From the NCBI GenBank assembly GCA_963775895.1, contig CAVZKL010000017.1:96001-160000 (forward strand): 64,000 nucleotides of DNA, in the 5' to 3' direction. Shown here in pieces: positions 51,619-60,656 of this stretch. The notes beneath the pieces are model-generated. The model was not told the DNA's origin. It was given only the letters and a program-made list of their open reading frames with translations, and did not search any database. This DNA comes from Candidatus Bathyarchaeota archaeon (GTDB lineage Archaea > Thermoproteota > Bathyarchaeia > Bathyarchaeales > Bathycorpusculaceae). Within the stretch, counting starts at the first letter, position 1; each line of letters begins with the position of its first letter. A program made the translations under genes and the position numbers.

Positions 51619-52250
51619 TCATTGACCATATGAGCTGGGGTAGTTGTATTGATAGGTCACTTGACGCGAAGGTCTACGACTTGCTGCAAACAGGTAACCA
51701 AGTGCCAATCCCACGACGAGTCCTCCCAGGTGTGCCCATATGTTGACGTTGGGAGCAATATTGATCGTGAAAAGGAAGAAAGCATAGACCAGTGCTGTCA
51801 ATATCGATTGTCCAATGGACCGTCTGGAATATATCATGACAGCTCCGAGCACACCGAAGATAGCGCCCGAGGCTCCCAAGGAGATAAAGTCGGTCGACAA
51901 CATCAAAGCGGTCAACAACGTCAAAGCGTTTCCTGCCAGTCCACTTAAAAAGTAGATCGTCATGTATTCTTTTAAGTCGAACATCTTTTCGGCCCTCAAT
52001 CCGTATATGAAGAGGAATAGCATGTTGCCAGCGATGTGTGCGATGTCAGCGTGGACAAACATTGATGTAATCATCCGCCACCATTCGCCTTGGAAAACAT
52101 ACGGGACGTACAATACTGTTGCCTCGTAGAACGCGCTGTCGTTTGTTTGGATGGCGCTCCCTCCATAGTACGATGTTACGATGTAGACGGCTACGTTTGC
52201 TGCGATGAGAATGAAGGTTGGAATGAATCTCTGCGAATTCTTGTACGTAC
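51619..52250 (-). CDS. rhomboid intramembrane serine protease (5' frameshift, start approximate)
   Basis: WWR..TSMF.H, H...NM, GASGA, AHLGG. Confidence 0.85.
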
Positions 52251-52253
52251 GGC

Positions 52254-52731
52254 TTACCTCTTGGATTGTTCCATTATTTTCTGCTTGATTTTTGAAGAGC
52301 TATCCAACTCGTCTGAGCTGAATTTTCCAACTTTGACTATTCTGATCCTTAAACCTTTCTTCTTCACTGCTTCTGCCACCGCCTGCTCCAGGCCGCTGGA
52401 GTGACTGTCATGGCCAACCGCAACGATGTCTGGTCTAAGTTTGTCAAGCACCTTATCCCATGTCAAAATCTTCGTATCCCAGCATTGCCTCGTCAACAAC
52501 CTTAAGGGAAGCGACCAACGCACATCTCTGGTTCTCTGGCATTATAGGCTTCCTTCCCTTTCTCTTTTCCACGGTACTATCTCTTGCCACGATCACTATC
52601 AGCTTCGCATGGGGTCCACCTGCTTTCTTGGCTTCCTCCAGAAACCTGACGTGTCCAAGATGGAGCAGATCGAATACGCCCGAGGCAAGAACTATTTTAT
52701 TCTTTTTGCTTTTCTTGCTTTTGAGGGCCAT
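52254..52731 (-). CDS. ribL: FAD synthase (archaeal RibL), frameshifted
   Basis: SGVFDLLHLGH, VARD, K..PI, RPDIVAVGHD, SSSKI. Confidence 0.82.
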
Positions 52732-52982
52732 TCAAAACTCACTGCTCCCAACAGTCTAAGCGCGTCAAGTAAACCTTCACAATAGGCGATCGACGTTAGG
52801 CTGACCTCGAATTTCTTCTTTTCCCTGTAGAACTTGGCGTCCTGTAGATAGTCTTTGGCCCAATCTACCACTTCTTCGACCTTGCCCCGTTCCAGATTTA
52901 TCGGTGTTTTGCTGGCTTGCATCTTGCGAAAAACAGTTTCCGTGGTTTCTATGTATTTTGTTGCAAGTTGTTGCGCATTCAT
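52692..52982 (-). CDS. DUF357 protein
   Basis: A..YL.DA.FY, S..Y.EGLLDALR.LG. Confidence 0.8.
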   Translation of the reverse strand: MNAQQLATKYIETTETVFRKMQASKTPINLERGKVEEVVDWAKDYLQDAKFYREKKKFEVSLTSIAYCEGLLDALRLLGAVSFEWPSKARKAKRIK

Positions 52983-53779
52983 TCGACGAGCCTTCTAACG
53001 GTTTCAGGTGCGCCGGCCAGAACTATGAGGGCTTCCGCCTCCATGAAATGGAGGCTGCCTGGAAAGATCAGAGTGTGTGGGGGGTCACCGAAATCATTTT
53101 TCAACAGGGTCTTCACGTATCCCGCTCTTACGGTTGGGTTGCGGCTTCCTGCTCTTGCCACGCCAACAGCAAGCGAGTCATCCGTGACTGCTTTGGCGTT
53201 CCTCCTAGACTCGATTTCCAGAAGTGTCTTCAATGCGTCTCCAATGTTCAGAAAGCGTTTTTCCTCTGTCATGATGTCTAACAGGCACAGCGTGTGAAGC
53301 CCAGACTTCTTATTTTCGGCGATGACAGAGTAGGGCGTAATCGACGGATTTTCGGTAGCAAAAGGAATCGTTACGGTCTTTCCAAACTTGTAACTGTGCA
53401 ATCCAGAAAGCCCGATAGCCGCTGAAAGTATTGAGGAACCGTGAACGACGCGGGTTTCTATACCGCGTTTCTTTGCCTCGATCCGCAAGGCTACGTGAGT
53501 CGTTGCGATCAGGGGGTCGCCTGGCACGAGCAAAACGGTCTTGCCTCTCTTTGCTGATTCAAAGACGATTTTTCCGTTGTCCTCTTCTAGATCCTTCCTG
53601 TTCAGGATGCGAGTTTCTTTGCCTGACAGTTCTCTGAATGATCTTGTTGAGAACTCGGGTAACAGACTCGTGTAAAGTTCGATGAAGACAGTGTTTGCTG
53701 TCTTGGTCTCTTCAAGTCCTTGGAGACTTATCCCCTTGTGATCGTGTAGACCAAGTCCGATGAAGACCAGTTCACCCAA
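52979..53779 (-). CDS. dph5: diphthine synthase
   Basis: FIGLGL, E.YTS, GDPL.ATTH, YKFG.TVTIPF, GLHTL.LLD. Confidence 0.93.
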   Translation of the reverse strand: MGELVFIGLGLHDHKGISLQGLEETKTANTVFIELYTSLLPEFSTRSFRELSGKETRILNRKDLEEDNGKIVFESAKRGKTVLLVPGDPLIATTHVALRIEAKKRGIETRVVHGSSILSAAIGLSGLHSYKFGKTVTIPFATENPSITPYSVIAENKKSGLHTLCLLDIMTEEKRFLNIGDALKTLLEIESRRNAKAVTDDSLAVGVARAGSRNPTVRAGYVKTLLKNDFGDPPHTLIFPGSLHFMEAEALIVLAGAPETVRRLVE

Positions 53780-53963
53780 ATGTTCCAGCCTCTTCTCAAC
53801 GAGATTGAATGTTACAGCTTAAAGCTTTATTCAACGGAAGCGCATGCACGCTGCTTACATGTTTGCACGGCGGAAATCAAAAACATGAATATTCTTGCAA
53901 TCTTAAATAGAGAAAACGAGATAAGTGAAAGGCAGAAGCAGGTGAAATGTCGGAGGTGATACA

Positions 53964-54167
53964 TTGCCAGAGAATAGTTGCCCGGAGTGTCCTGAGTGTG
54001 GAACGAGAATGATAAGCCGGAAGTCGAATGGTTCGTGTAAGTGTCCAAAATGCGGTGCGGTCTTCATCCCGAGCGGATGTACAGGCATTTTCATTCCCGC
54101 AAGCTTTATCGGCATACACTCGAATGTTCCAAAAAGCTTATCGGCATACACTCAAATGAACAAATAA
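53964..54167 (+). CDS. small zinc-finger protein
   Basis: CPECG...CPKCG; GGAGGTGA SD upstream of the TTG start. Confidence 0.5.
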   Translation: MPENSCPECPECGTRMISRKSNGSCKCPKCGAVFIPSGCTGIFIPASFIGIHSNVPKSLSAYTQMNK

Positions 54168-54351
54168 CAGATTTGCGGCGGACCTAGACATCGTTTCACA
54201 GATCAATCATGCTTCCGATTGTTATTGGCGTGTGAGCCAACATTGAATATCCATCTCTTTCACAGTGACCGCGCGCGTTAGACAGCGCCTTGCCTTTAAG
54301 CTTCGGACGGAATTTCTAACGCGCCTTATTTTCTTCTCAGAAGCACCATGT

Positions 54352-54609
54352 TCAAGTTGTTCGGATTTTCACTTTCTCAAGAGGCTTGTCGAGGGACCAC
54401 GTACTTTCATTTCCCTCCCACCATCCCAGAAACTCAAACCTGCCGTTGAGTTCCACCAATAGCTTGAACTCCTGTGGAAAAATGAACTTCAAATCCTCGC
54501 TGCTCTCGAGCTTCAATTCCTTCCCATGATCATTGACCTCAAGCGACACCTCCTCAGTGAATATCTGATTAAGCATATCCTTCCAACGCATGTTGTAGAC
54601 AGTTTTCAC
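54352..54609 (-). CDS. hypothetical protein
   Basis: 85 aa ORF with protein-like composition filling an otherwise empty gap. Confidence 0.45.
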   Translation of the reverse strand: MKTVYNMRWKDMLNQIFTEEVSLEVNDHGKELKLESSEDLKFIFPQEFKLLVELNGRFEFLGWWEGNESTWSLDKPLEKVKIRTT

Positions 54610-54710
54610 TTTGATTCCCTCTCTTTCTATGTCCCAGCTCTGACCTCACGTGCTCGCAATGTTGAAATACTGCAAAGAACGAACCATCATCAGCGAATGA
54701 GGGAGGATGC

Positions 54711-55136
54711 ATGACTTCAAACGAAGACAGCAAACTAGCTGCACCCTGCGGTCTCTACTGTGGCGCTTGCATCGACCACTTGGTCCACAAAAACTGTCAT
54801 GGCTGCGGCTGCAACTGCGACTCATGCGCTGCTTCAACCCATCACAAGCAATGCGACATCTACAAGTGTTGCGTTGAACAACGAGGTCTTGAAGCCTGCA
54901 GCGAGTGCGAAGAGTTTCCCTGCTCTCAGCTCATACAGTTCTGCTACAACCCCGTGTGGCAGCATCATTTGACAGCCATCGAAAACCTGCGAAGACGTAA
55001 AGCCGTCGGAACAGGAAGATGGCTAGAAGAACAAAAGAATGCATGGAGCAACGACTGGTACCGGAAGAAATGGCTCTGGCTCCAGAGAGAATGCGAAGAC
55101 AGGCTGAAAAAGTCTAAAGAAGAATCAGAGCCGTAA
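54711..55136 (+). CDS. DUF3795-like cysteine-rich protein
   Basis: APCGLYCGAC, CHGC, C.IY.CC, CSECEEFPC. Confidence 0.8.
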   Translation: MTSNEDSKLAAPCGLYCGACIDHLVHKNCHGCGCNCDSCAASTHHKQCDIYKCCVEQRGLEACSECEEFPCSQLIQFCYNPVWQHHLTAIENLRRRKAVGTGRWLEEQKNAWSNDWYRKKWLWLQRECEDRLKKSKEESEP

Positions 55137-55267
55137 TGGGAAGAGAATCTAGAAATACCTCTGGATTGCCAAGTAAACAACGCGCGCACTAGCAATTAGT
55201 ATGCGCTCAAAAACTGATTAAAAGCTTTAATCTGAAGTACACTCTAAAGTCAACTGAAGGGATTAGC

Positions 55268-55582
55268 GTGAACAAAGACGCCCGACTGCTTCTCGTGTTC
55301 GTGCTAAACCTCCTGTTGCCGGGACTTGGGTTTCACTATTCTGGAACGAAGCACAACCTCCGATGGTTGCGTCGGCTGGGTCTCGCAACAATGGTTGCGT
55401 TCTTGTTTGCTTTCCCTTTGGGCCTGGTCTTGTTTCTACCATATGCGACGACGAACTACCACTTCAGTTTGCTGGAACTTGCTGCCTACCTTGCCGTGAT
55501 ACTCTGCTCGGCTACGGTGGGAGCGAGCATCGAAGGAAGATTAGCAGAGAAGACGGGAAATTGCAACTCAAATGCAAGATAG
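55268..55582 (+). CDS. small membrane protein (TM2-like start)
   Basis: LN.LLPGLG..Y motif, about 3 TM helices. Confidence 0.6.
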   Translation: MNKDARLLLVFVLNLLLPGLGFHYSGTKHNLRWLRRLGLATMVAFLFAFPLGLVLFLPYATTNYHFSLLELAAYLAVILCSATVGASIEGRLAEKTGNCNSNAR

Positions 55583-55692
55583 CAAGTGCCTCCCGAGTGA
55601 CAAAATGCAGGGCATTAGCCTGTGCGACAACAATGGGGGAACCGTAAGCTCTATATTTATTGATGAACGTTGTCTTCGAACAGTGTTTCCGT

Positions 55693-55770
55693 GGGCCCGT
55701 AGCTCAGTCAGGCTAGAGCGGCGGACTCTTAATCCGTAGGCCGCGGGTTCAATTCCCGTCGGGCCCGCCA
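55693..55770 (+). tRNA. tRNA-Lys (anticodon CTT), intronless, CCA encoded
   Basis: GGGCCCG/CGGGCCC acceptor stem, GCGGA-ctCTTaa-TCCGT anticodon arm, GGTTCAATTCC T-loop, 3' GCCA; AT-rich TATA-like tract upstream and T-tract downstream. Confidence 0.95.
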
Positions 55771-56116
55771 ACCACAGTGCAAATTTCCCCGGTTGACTAC
55801 TTCTTTTTCCCTCTCTTTTTTCTTCCATAAACGAGAATTGGGCGTTATTGACGTCAATGTTGCTTTTCAAGCGTTTCAACCTGTAAACAGGTTTGATTTA
55901 TCATGCTTTCGAGTGAAAAAAAATAGCACCAAAAACTTTTAGGCTGTCGAATCCTATTGGGACTTAAAGATCATCCAGTTTAGTATCGTGGCCATTATGT
56001 TGAACACAAACCAGAAATCAAGCGCGCGCGAGAACTGATTCGACAAGAATGCCCAAAGGCTTTAATGAAAGGCTTCAGCGAATTGATCCTATCATCGTAA
56101 CCAATGTGTCTTTCAT

Positions 56117-56296
56117 TCATGTTTTCATTTTTTCCCTGTCATAAAGCTCTACGTAACCACACTTACCGCAGACATAAGCAACAAGTTCTGCCCCCGGTAT
56201 TCGCCAACTTGGGACTCCTGAATCTGAAGTTTCTATCTCCATGGGCCTTCTGACCATTCTTCCACGGCATCTGGGACACCTCTTGGTCTCACTCAT
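56117..56296 (-). CDS. Zn-ribbon microprotein (59 aa)
   Basis: Own translation MSETKRCPRCRGRM...AYVCGKCGYVELYDREKMKT; ATGA overlap with the upstream paralog. Confidence 0.75.
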   Translation of the reverse strand: MSETKRCPRCRGRMVRRPMEIETSDSGVPSWRIPGAELVAYVCGKCGYVELYDREKMKT

Positions 56297-56481
56297 GTCT
56301 TAACACCTCCTTTTTCCAGATAGAATTCCACGTAGCTGCAACTCTTGCAAGCGTACCCCCAGATACGAGGACCATGTCTTAATCGATAGTAGTTCGTTCC
56401 TTGATTCCAGTAGTAGGTTCCGTCAAGATGGCCTATATCCATTTCCCCACCGCATTTTGGACAATTCTTGACCTCACTCAT
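56293..56481 (-). CDS. Zn-ribbon microprotein
   Basis: MSEVKNCPKCGGEM..G...YACKSCSYVEFY. Confidence 0.75.
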   Translation of the reverse strand: MSEVKNCPKCGGEMDIGHLDGTYYWNQGTNYYRLRHGPRIWGYACKSCSYVEFYLEKGGVKT

Positions 56482-56725
56482 GTTTGACCATTTTCCTTTT
56501 TCAACCACTCAAGTTAATTGGCGATCTTCAGTATTATTTCTTCCCATTTTTGGTGCATTGCTTGGAAGAGGAGACCAAACTAAAGTGTTTTTTCAAGGCC
56601 AAAGATTTTTTGAACGAATCTCCTTTCTACGTGACTCTCACCGTGCGTGTGCAAGTTGTGTTTATCCGAAAGTCATATTAGTCATGATCCACAAATCTGA
56701 CAAATGCTTATTTGCAAATTGAGTT

Positions 56726-57622
56726 GTGAAAAAAATGAATAAGACTACGGTCGTTTTTGTAGTTCTGTGCGCCACGATTCTCGTCTCCGTTTCAAACATG
56801 CCCACTTCGAAAGCTTCTATAGGCAACTACAACTGGATTGGCACGATAGTGCGAAATGGTTATGATGACTTCTACGGAGCCTCTGTCACCGGATATGAAG
56901 AAGGAACAAATGCGAATCTTGTCGTAGGCGTTTCCAATGACTACAATTTTGTTAGTCAAATCAACGTCTCAGCAGTAAAGGTCGGCTTCGATTGGGGCAT
57001 TAACTACAGCTCAAGCGAATGCAGTATTGATAACCCGTTCGTTATCTCTAGCTTCGGATTTCACATCTTCAACCTGAATTTCACGGTTCCGTCAGTATTG
57101 CTAGCGTCGAATCTAGTCACACACAGCTACACAGTCTACGTAGAGCACGTGAACAGTACTACCGGGAACAAAAGAGTAGTGAGCAGCTGGACACTGAGCG
57201 GCACCGGTTTTGCCGTGTTCTCTTCAGACCAGGCAGACGCTTACAACTACAAACAAGAGATCAATGCCTATCCTTCTTCTCTAGTCGACAACATTCCTCT
57301 TCTTACGGCAAAGGCAAGGCAATTAATGCTAGAATCGAACGTTGCTAAATCTTTGGCGAGCACCGCCTATACACGAGGAGATTTCAGCACCGCCAAAGCG
57401 CAGTATAACAATTCTCTGAACTTCATACAACAAGCTTGGTCCAACGAGACGGATAAGTGGTCAACGTTTGAAGATTCCTTTGCAGGCCTATTGAACGGTG
57501 GCGGTACTTTGCTCGCGTTCCAAGGATACGCTTGGATCCTCTTTGGCGTAGGCTTCATACTGATGAGCATCGGGGCTCTCGTCTACTTGACAAGAAAGAA
57601 ACCACAACCGATGACAAACTGA
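56726..57622 (+). CDS. exported protein with a C-terminal membrane anchor
   Basis: Signal peptide, beta-rich domain with N-x-S/T sequons, helical stalk, TM helix plus RKK. Confidence 0.8.
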   Translation: MKKMNKTTVVFVVLCATILVSVSNMPTSKASIGNYNWIGTIVRNGYDDFYGASVTGYEEGTNANLVVGVSNDYNFVSQINVSAVKVGFDWGINYSSSECSIDNPFVISSFGFHIFNLNFTVPSVLLASNLVTHSYTVYVEHVNSTTGNKRVVSSWTLSGTGFAVFSSDQADAYNYKQEINAYPSSLVDNIPLLTAKARQLMLESNVAKSLASTAYTRGDFSTAKAQYNNSLNFIQQAWSNETDKWSTFEDSFAGLLNGGGTLLAFQGYAWILFGVGFILMSIGALVYLTRKKPQPMTN

Positions 57623-57720
57623 CGAAGGTTGTGGCAAACCCTTTTTTCTCAATTTTCTACGGTTCTACGATATTCTTTGATCGTGCTTTTCAGTAGATCA
57701 GCGTTGGGCAACGAGACACA

Positions 57721-58683
57721 CTAAGAGTACAGCTCTGCAAAGGCTCCGATTCCAACCGAGCTAATGAGAAGAGTCACTCCCAGAGTGGTGAACGGATCGC
57801 CTTGGACCAGGATAAACCCAGACATCCATGCCAAAGCCAGGGTTATGAATCCGAAGTTGCCGACTGTTCTACGTGCACAGAGAACCGTGGATGCAAGCCA
57901 GATGAACGCGCCTAGTGTCAACAGAAACTGTATGGGTTGTTCCTGTGGAGCTAGCGAGAAGATCGTAAACTCGACTCCGAAATGAATGAACAAACCGCCG
58001 AGGAAGCCGAAGATAAGGATGAGCTGCTGGCGCATAACTTTCTCTTTGATAGATAGCGGCATCTTATCGTGGTGGGCAGATTGGTGTTCGTGCAATTTTC
58101 TTTTCAACCAGTTTCCTCTTAACCTTCGTTCAACGTCGTCTGATGGGGCGGCATCTTGTTTCTGATGAGGAGCTTCAATGTCCTCTGACAGCTTGACTCC
58201 CTTTCCTGCAAGAACGTAGTAAGACGCGTTTCTGACTTGAAGTTCGGTGACTAAGCCATTCTTGACAAATGACTTCAATGCCTGCGCCACGTTGACATTG
58301 GACAAGCCTGATTCGTGGACTATTTCCTTCCGGTTCATTGGCTTCTTCGCTTTAGCCATGGCTTCTATTGTTTTGATTCCAGTTGTCGAATCGGCCAGAC
58401 CGATTTCCGAGCATTTCCTCGCAAAATCCTTTTGCGAAATGAATCTGCTTAACGGATTAATCGAATCCCTATCCATGAGAAAGTGAATAACACCAGCCAC
58501 TATCAAGAGTAGTCCCAGAGCTAGGACAACTGTTCCCATCAAAGAAAACAGCCACATTTCCCCAAACACTTCGATCGGAGAAACGAAGCGCAGCAGAAAG
58601 CCCATCATCATAACGACTATACCTAAGCCAAGAGACGTGTCCTTATCAAGCGTCTTCATCAAGGATGCGAATCTGTTGCTCAT
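57721..58683 (-). CDS. membrane protein with an internal winged-helix domain
   Basis: 2 TM, then MNRKEIVHESGLS...VAQALKSFVKNGLV...YVLAGKG, then about 4 TM. Confidence 0.7.
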   Translation of the reverse strand: MSNRFASLMKTLDKDTSLGLGIVVMMMGFLLRFVSPIEVFGEMWLFSLMGTVVLALGLLLIVAGVIHFLMDRDSINPLSRFISQKDFARKCSEIGLADSTTGIKTIEAMAKAKKPMNRKEIVHESGLSNVNVAQALKSFVKNGLVTELQVRNASYYVLAGKGVKLSEDIEAPHQKQDAAPSDDVERRLRGNWLKRKLHEHQSAHHDKMPLSIKEKVMRQQLILIFGFLGGLFIHFGVEFTIFSLAPQEQPIQFLLTLGAFIWLASTVLCARRTVGNFGFITLALAWMSGFILVQGDPFTTLGVTLLISSVGIGAFAELYS

Positions 58684-59042
58684 TCAAACCCCTTAGAAAT
58701 AGTTGAGAGTAGAATCTAGTTATATAGAATTACTCTATAGGTAGAATTACTCCACAAGCGGATACAATCCAGATTCCAGATATTCCGATTTTTGATATAT
58801 CTGCGGATTTACGGGCTTGACCACAAATCATATCCGCTAGACACTTGGTTTGTTGTTCGAGACAATTCCATATAATCCCACGTGAATGTAAGCTCCAACT
58901 CAATCGCGCGGCAACGTATTTTTTTGAGAAGTAGACCAGAGTGTTCGGGTCGTCTTGAACAAATCCCGTCGTGGCATAAAGCAATAAATAGAAATCCTTG
59001 GAACAATCATTAGGTGCACTGGCGCACGATCGAGGAAAAACA

Positions 59043-59429
59043 ATGATCAAAACGGTTTGGAGCATAACCTTCAGCGTGTCAAATCTGAAAAGAGCCACGA
59101 GATTCTATGAGGACACATTGGGGTTGGAGAAGAAGTACGAATTTCCAAGCTATGTCGGCTTTGAGTGTGGAGGCGTCGAAATAGGTCTGACACCGAAGCC
59201 GAAAAAGAAAGTTCCACATGATCCCTCTGTCTCAGTACAACTCCTCGTGAGTAACGTTGAGGATTTCTGCAGAAGGTTGAAGGCGAAAGGAGTCTGCTTA
59301 ACTAACGAGCTTCACCAAGAAACTTGGGGAGGGAAGCAAGCAACCTTCAATGATCCAGACGGAAACGTTCTTGAAGTTACGCAAATTGACTGGAAGAAAT
59401 ATTACAAAGTCTCCGCGAAAGGCGCTTGA
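59043..59429 (+). CDS. VOC/glyoxalase family protein
   Basis: V.NL.RA..FY...LGL, WGG..A.F.DPDGN.LE. Confidence 0.88.
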   Translation: MIKTVWSITFSVSNLKRATRFYEDTLGLEKKYEFPSYVGFECGGVEIGLTPKPKKKVPHDPSVSVQLLVSNVEDFCRRLKAKGVCLTNELHQETWGGKQATFNDPDGNVLEVTQIDWKKYYKVSAKGA

Positions 59430-59602
59430 CTGACCATACGATTCACGGCATATCAGAATTCAAGACGAGTAGCTCTGATGCCTGTGATGTAAAAAACACG
59501 GTGTTTTCTGATTGAAACAATGAATATCATAAGCGCAAGATCTTGAGAGCAACAAATATAAGCGTGAAGGGGTCATGGAGAAAGATACTTGGTGAACAAG
59601 AG

Positions 59603-60562
59603 ATGGATGTTTGGAAGCTACGGGCATCCATGGCCGGAACGATGGCCCTGATAATCGGAATATCTACGCTGTTCTTCACAGTAGTATTGAGCTTAACGGG
59701 CTATTTTGACTTCCTGACGCTGGGCGTGCTGGTAGTTGGAATGAGCGTCGTTCAATGGTTGATCTCGCCTTATCTTATCGATGCAATGTATCACACAAAA
59801 GAGATCTCGCAGACTGAGCAACCTAAACTGCACGAGATAGTCGACAACATAAGTCAAAAGAGCGGAATCAAGAAGCCGAGACTGATGCTGGCTCAAATAC
59901 CTCTGCCAAACGCTTTTGCGTACGGATCACCGATCGCGGGAACTCGCGTAGCAGTGACGTCAGGATTAATGAACACCTTGAATGACGGTGAAGTTGAAGC
60001 CGTTCTGGGACACGAACTCGGGCACCTAAAGCACCGTGACGTGCAGGTGATGATGTTCGTTTCATTGCTGCCTGCAGTGGCTTATTACATTGGTTTTTCC
60101 CTCATGCTTTCAGGCGCTTTTGGCGGAAACCAGAAAAACCAAGGCAGTGCAGCAGCGATGGGAATGGTTTTCATGGCGTTTTCATGGATAATGAACCTGT
60201 TCATACTCTCCCTCAGCAGACAAAGAGAGTATTACGCTGACAGGCACAGTGCAACCACGGTAGAAAACGGTTCACAGAAACTTTCAACAGGACTCGCAAA
60301 AATCGTCAGCGCCACAAAGAACATGCGAGGAAACAGAAAACAGACAAAGAACATGGGCGCTTTTAAGGCGCTTTTCATAGCCGATCCCGACCGCGCCGAG
60401 ATAGATTCAGCACAACTGTCATCGGTCAGAGGTGTGGACAGCCAAAAGCTGGTTGACGAAATCCTTTCAAAGAAACTGACGACCGGGGATAGAATTCTAG
60501 AGATCTTGTCAACGCATCCGAACATAATCAAGAGACTCAGAGCCCTCAAACAATTAAACTAG
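59603..60562 (+). CDS. htpX: zinc metalloprotease HtpX
   Basis: PNAFA, HELGH, SR.REY.AD, STHP....R. Confidence 0.9.
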   Translation: MDVWKLRASMAGTMALIIGISTLFFTVVLSLTGYFDFLTLGVLVVGMSVVQWLISPYLIDAMYHTKEISQTEQPKLHEIVDNISQKSGIKKPRLMLAQIPLPNAFAYGSPIAGTRVAVTSGLMNTLNDGEVEAVLGHELGHLKHRDVQVMMFVSLLPAVAYYIGFSLMLSGAFGGNQKNQGSAAAMGMVFMAFSWIMNLFILSLSRQREYYADRHSATTVENGSQKLSTGLAKIVSATKNMRGNRKQTKNMGAFKALFIADPDRAEIDSAQLSSVRGVDSQKLVDEILSKKLTTGDRILEILSTHPNIIKRLRALKQLN

Positions 60563-60656
60563 AAGATCACCACCTAGGTTCGCTTTCTTTGACGCAGGGC
60601 AAAACCATTAAAGACTACAAGTTAGACTAAAGCCTAACTTACAGGAAGCAGCATCG

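Noticed and set aside
54101-54158. CRISPR array
   Set aside because: Two copies, a 7-nt spacer and no cas genes
55693-59000. Integrated element at tRNA-Lys
   Set aside because: No integrase seen, and only an 8-nt match (TCCCGTCG near 58964) to the tRNA 3' end, too weak for an att site
58730-59098. 122-aa minus-strand ORF
   Set aside because: Overlaps the VOC gene start and has no motif; probably intergenic DNA
59480-59550. C/D box sRNA upstream of htpX
   Set aside because: The boxes are degenerate (GTGATGT, CTTGA) and no guide target can be verified
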